Shown here: positions 9,209 to 10,273 of the stretch, one piece after another
Numbering within the stretch: position 1 is the first letter of the stretch
How the letters are laid out: the number at the start of each line of letters is the position of its first letter
Source: an uncultured cyanobacterium
GTDB taxonomy: Bacteria > Cyanobacteriota > Cyanobacteriia > Cyanobacteriales > Microcystaceae
Assembly: GCA_963807635.1 (NCBI GenBank)
Contig: CAWEDJ010000088.1
Coordinates: forward strand, 1 to 10,273
Direction of reading: 5' to 3'
DNA length: 10,273 nucleotides
The notes under the pieces: model-generated
What the model saw: only the letters and a program-made list of their open reading frames with translations
Database searches by the model: none
What the model was told of the DNA's origin: nothing
Position numbers and translations under genes: made by a program

Positions 9209-9314
9209 TTTTTTCTCTTTGCCCACTGTTCTAGACTAGAATGCAATCTCTCGAACATTTTTCTAGAACCATAATAGGCTAAAAGAAAATTAACCCCCAT
9301 TTGTGGAGCAATCT

Positions 9315-9935
9315 ATGAGTACGAATTCCATCCTCGAAAACCGCGATTACACCCTAATGATCGATAAAAGTAGCAGTATGGCGACTTCTGATACCCCCGA
9401 TGGCAAAACCCGTTGGGAAATCGCCCAGGAGTCAACCATTGCCCTCGCCAAAAAATGTGAAGAAATTGACCCCGATGGGATTACGGTCTATCTTTTTTCG
9501 GGAAGATTTAGACGATATGATAATGTGACTTCCGAGAAGGTATCCCGCATCTATACGGAAAATGAACCGATGGGTCGCACCGATCTCGCCAGTGTCCTCG
9601 AAGATGGTTTAGAAAATTTTTTCCAACGCAAAGCCGTTAACCAAACAAAGGCGAATGGGGAAACGTTTATTATTATTACAGACGGCGAACCGACCGATCG
9701 CAAAGCCTTAATTCGTCTGATCATTCAGGCCACACAAAAAATTGATCGAGATGAAGAATTAGCCATTTCCCTGATTCAAGTTGGTCAAGATAAAAAGGCG
9801 ACTGCTTTTCTCAAAGCCTTAGATGATCAGTTACAAAGCGCGGGGGCAAAATTTGATATTGTTGACACTGTAACCGTTGAAGATATGCAGGGAATGTCCC
9901 TCACCGATGTTTTGTTAAAGGCTATCACGGATTAA
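9315..9935 (+). CDS. Stand-alone von Willebrand factor A (vWA) domain protein, 206 aa
   Basis: MIDAS motif DKSSS, downstream T (GRT) and IITDGEP; alternating beta/alpha pattern. GGAG at 9305-9308 favours ATG 9315 over GTG 9303. Confidence 0.9.
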   Translation: MSTNSILENRDYTLMIDKSSSMATSDTPDGKTRWEIAQESTIALAKKCEEIDPDGITVYLFSGRFRRYDNVTSEKVSRIYTENEPMGRTDLASVLEDGLENFFQRKAVNQTKANGETFIIITDGEPTDRKALIRLIIQATQKIDRDEELAISLIQVGQDKKATAFLKALDDQLQSAGAKFDIVDTVTVEDMQGMSLTDVLLKAITD

Positions 9936-9945
9936 TGGGCCGAGA

Positions 9946-9979
9946 AAGGGGGGATTTTATGGTAAATCTCCCTTCATTT
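9946..9979 (+). terminator. Possible intrinsic terminator hairpin after the vWA gene
   Basis: AAGGGGGGATTT (9946-9957) can pair with AAATCTCCCTT (9964-9974) with one bulge and one G-U; starts 10 nt after the stop; the U-tail is weak. Confidence 0.45.
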
Positions 9980-10155
9980 AAAACCCATAAAACGCGATCG
10001 CTTCTTCCCCTAAATCTTGCCGCAAAAAAACACAATCAGAAAAACTCAATTCAATTTGCCTAAATCAATACAGTATTATTAACCACCTTCTTTTAAGCTA
10101 CGGCATCGGTCTTGGAATAAACCATTCCCGTTAAGAAGCTTCTTCTTTTTTATTT

Positions 10156-10273
10156 ATGCGATGGCTTAATCATATCAGTATTAAATCTAAGTTAATTGTG
10201 ATGCTATTGGCCGTCAGTGGTTGTTCGATATTAGTCACAGCCTATGTGGGTTATCAGAGTGGACAATCTAACT
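10156..10273 (+). CDS. 5' end of a membrane-anchored sensor protein, probably a Cache/HAMP adenylate/guanylate cyclase; truncated by the window edge
   Basis: Open frame MRWLNHISIKSKLIVMLLAVSGCSILVTAYVGYQSGQSN: basic SIKSKL motif followed by a TM helix, as in Cache-HAMP sensors. The cyclase call rests on recalled similarity; the catalytic domain is outside the window. Confidence 0.6.
   Translation, partial: MRWLNHISIKSKLIVMLLAVSGCSILVTAYVGYQSGQSN

Larger units (their letters stand above)
384..10001. repeat. HIP1 octamer GCGATCGC, 12 dispersed copies
   Basis: Copies start at 384, 882, 2211, 2492, 3362, 5579, 6385, 6897, 7638, 8028, 8381 and 9994 (counted by eye); none inside the IS. Confidence 0.9.

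Noticed and set aside
1..10273. CRISPR array, tRNA/rRNA, prophage or retron-type ncRNA
   Set aside because: No regularly spaced repeats, cloverleaf, rRNA-like sequence, phage gene or reverse transcriptase seen; intergenic gaps are all about 300 bp or shorter.

Overview
AT-rich chromosomal window from a cyanobacterium (12 copies of the HIP1 octamer GCGATCGC; gene content resembles Chroococcales). Left to right: a hypothetical gene running off the left edge (-); a YcjF/DUF697-type GTPase (+); a secreted LolA/DUF2092-like protein (-); SUI1/YciH and a stand-alone PCP_red-domain gene (+); a 20-bp palindrome; a complete IS630 element (TA duplication, 23-bp IRs, A9 slippery site); menD (-) directly behind a Zn-ribbon/kinase-like/PP2C/TM phosphatase (-); a divergent vWA gene (+); and the start of a membrane sensor, probably an adenylate/guanylate cyclase (+). 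The minus-strand genes carry about 17 net single-base frameshifts, many at short homopolymers, and I saw no nonsense substitution. The plus-strand host genes are intact. Long-read consensus error is the most likely cause, although the uneven distribution deserves a check. No clearly new system is demonstrable. The best candidate is the head-to-head vWA + pseudokinase-PP2C pair, which has the domain inventory of a TerY-P triad.
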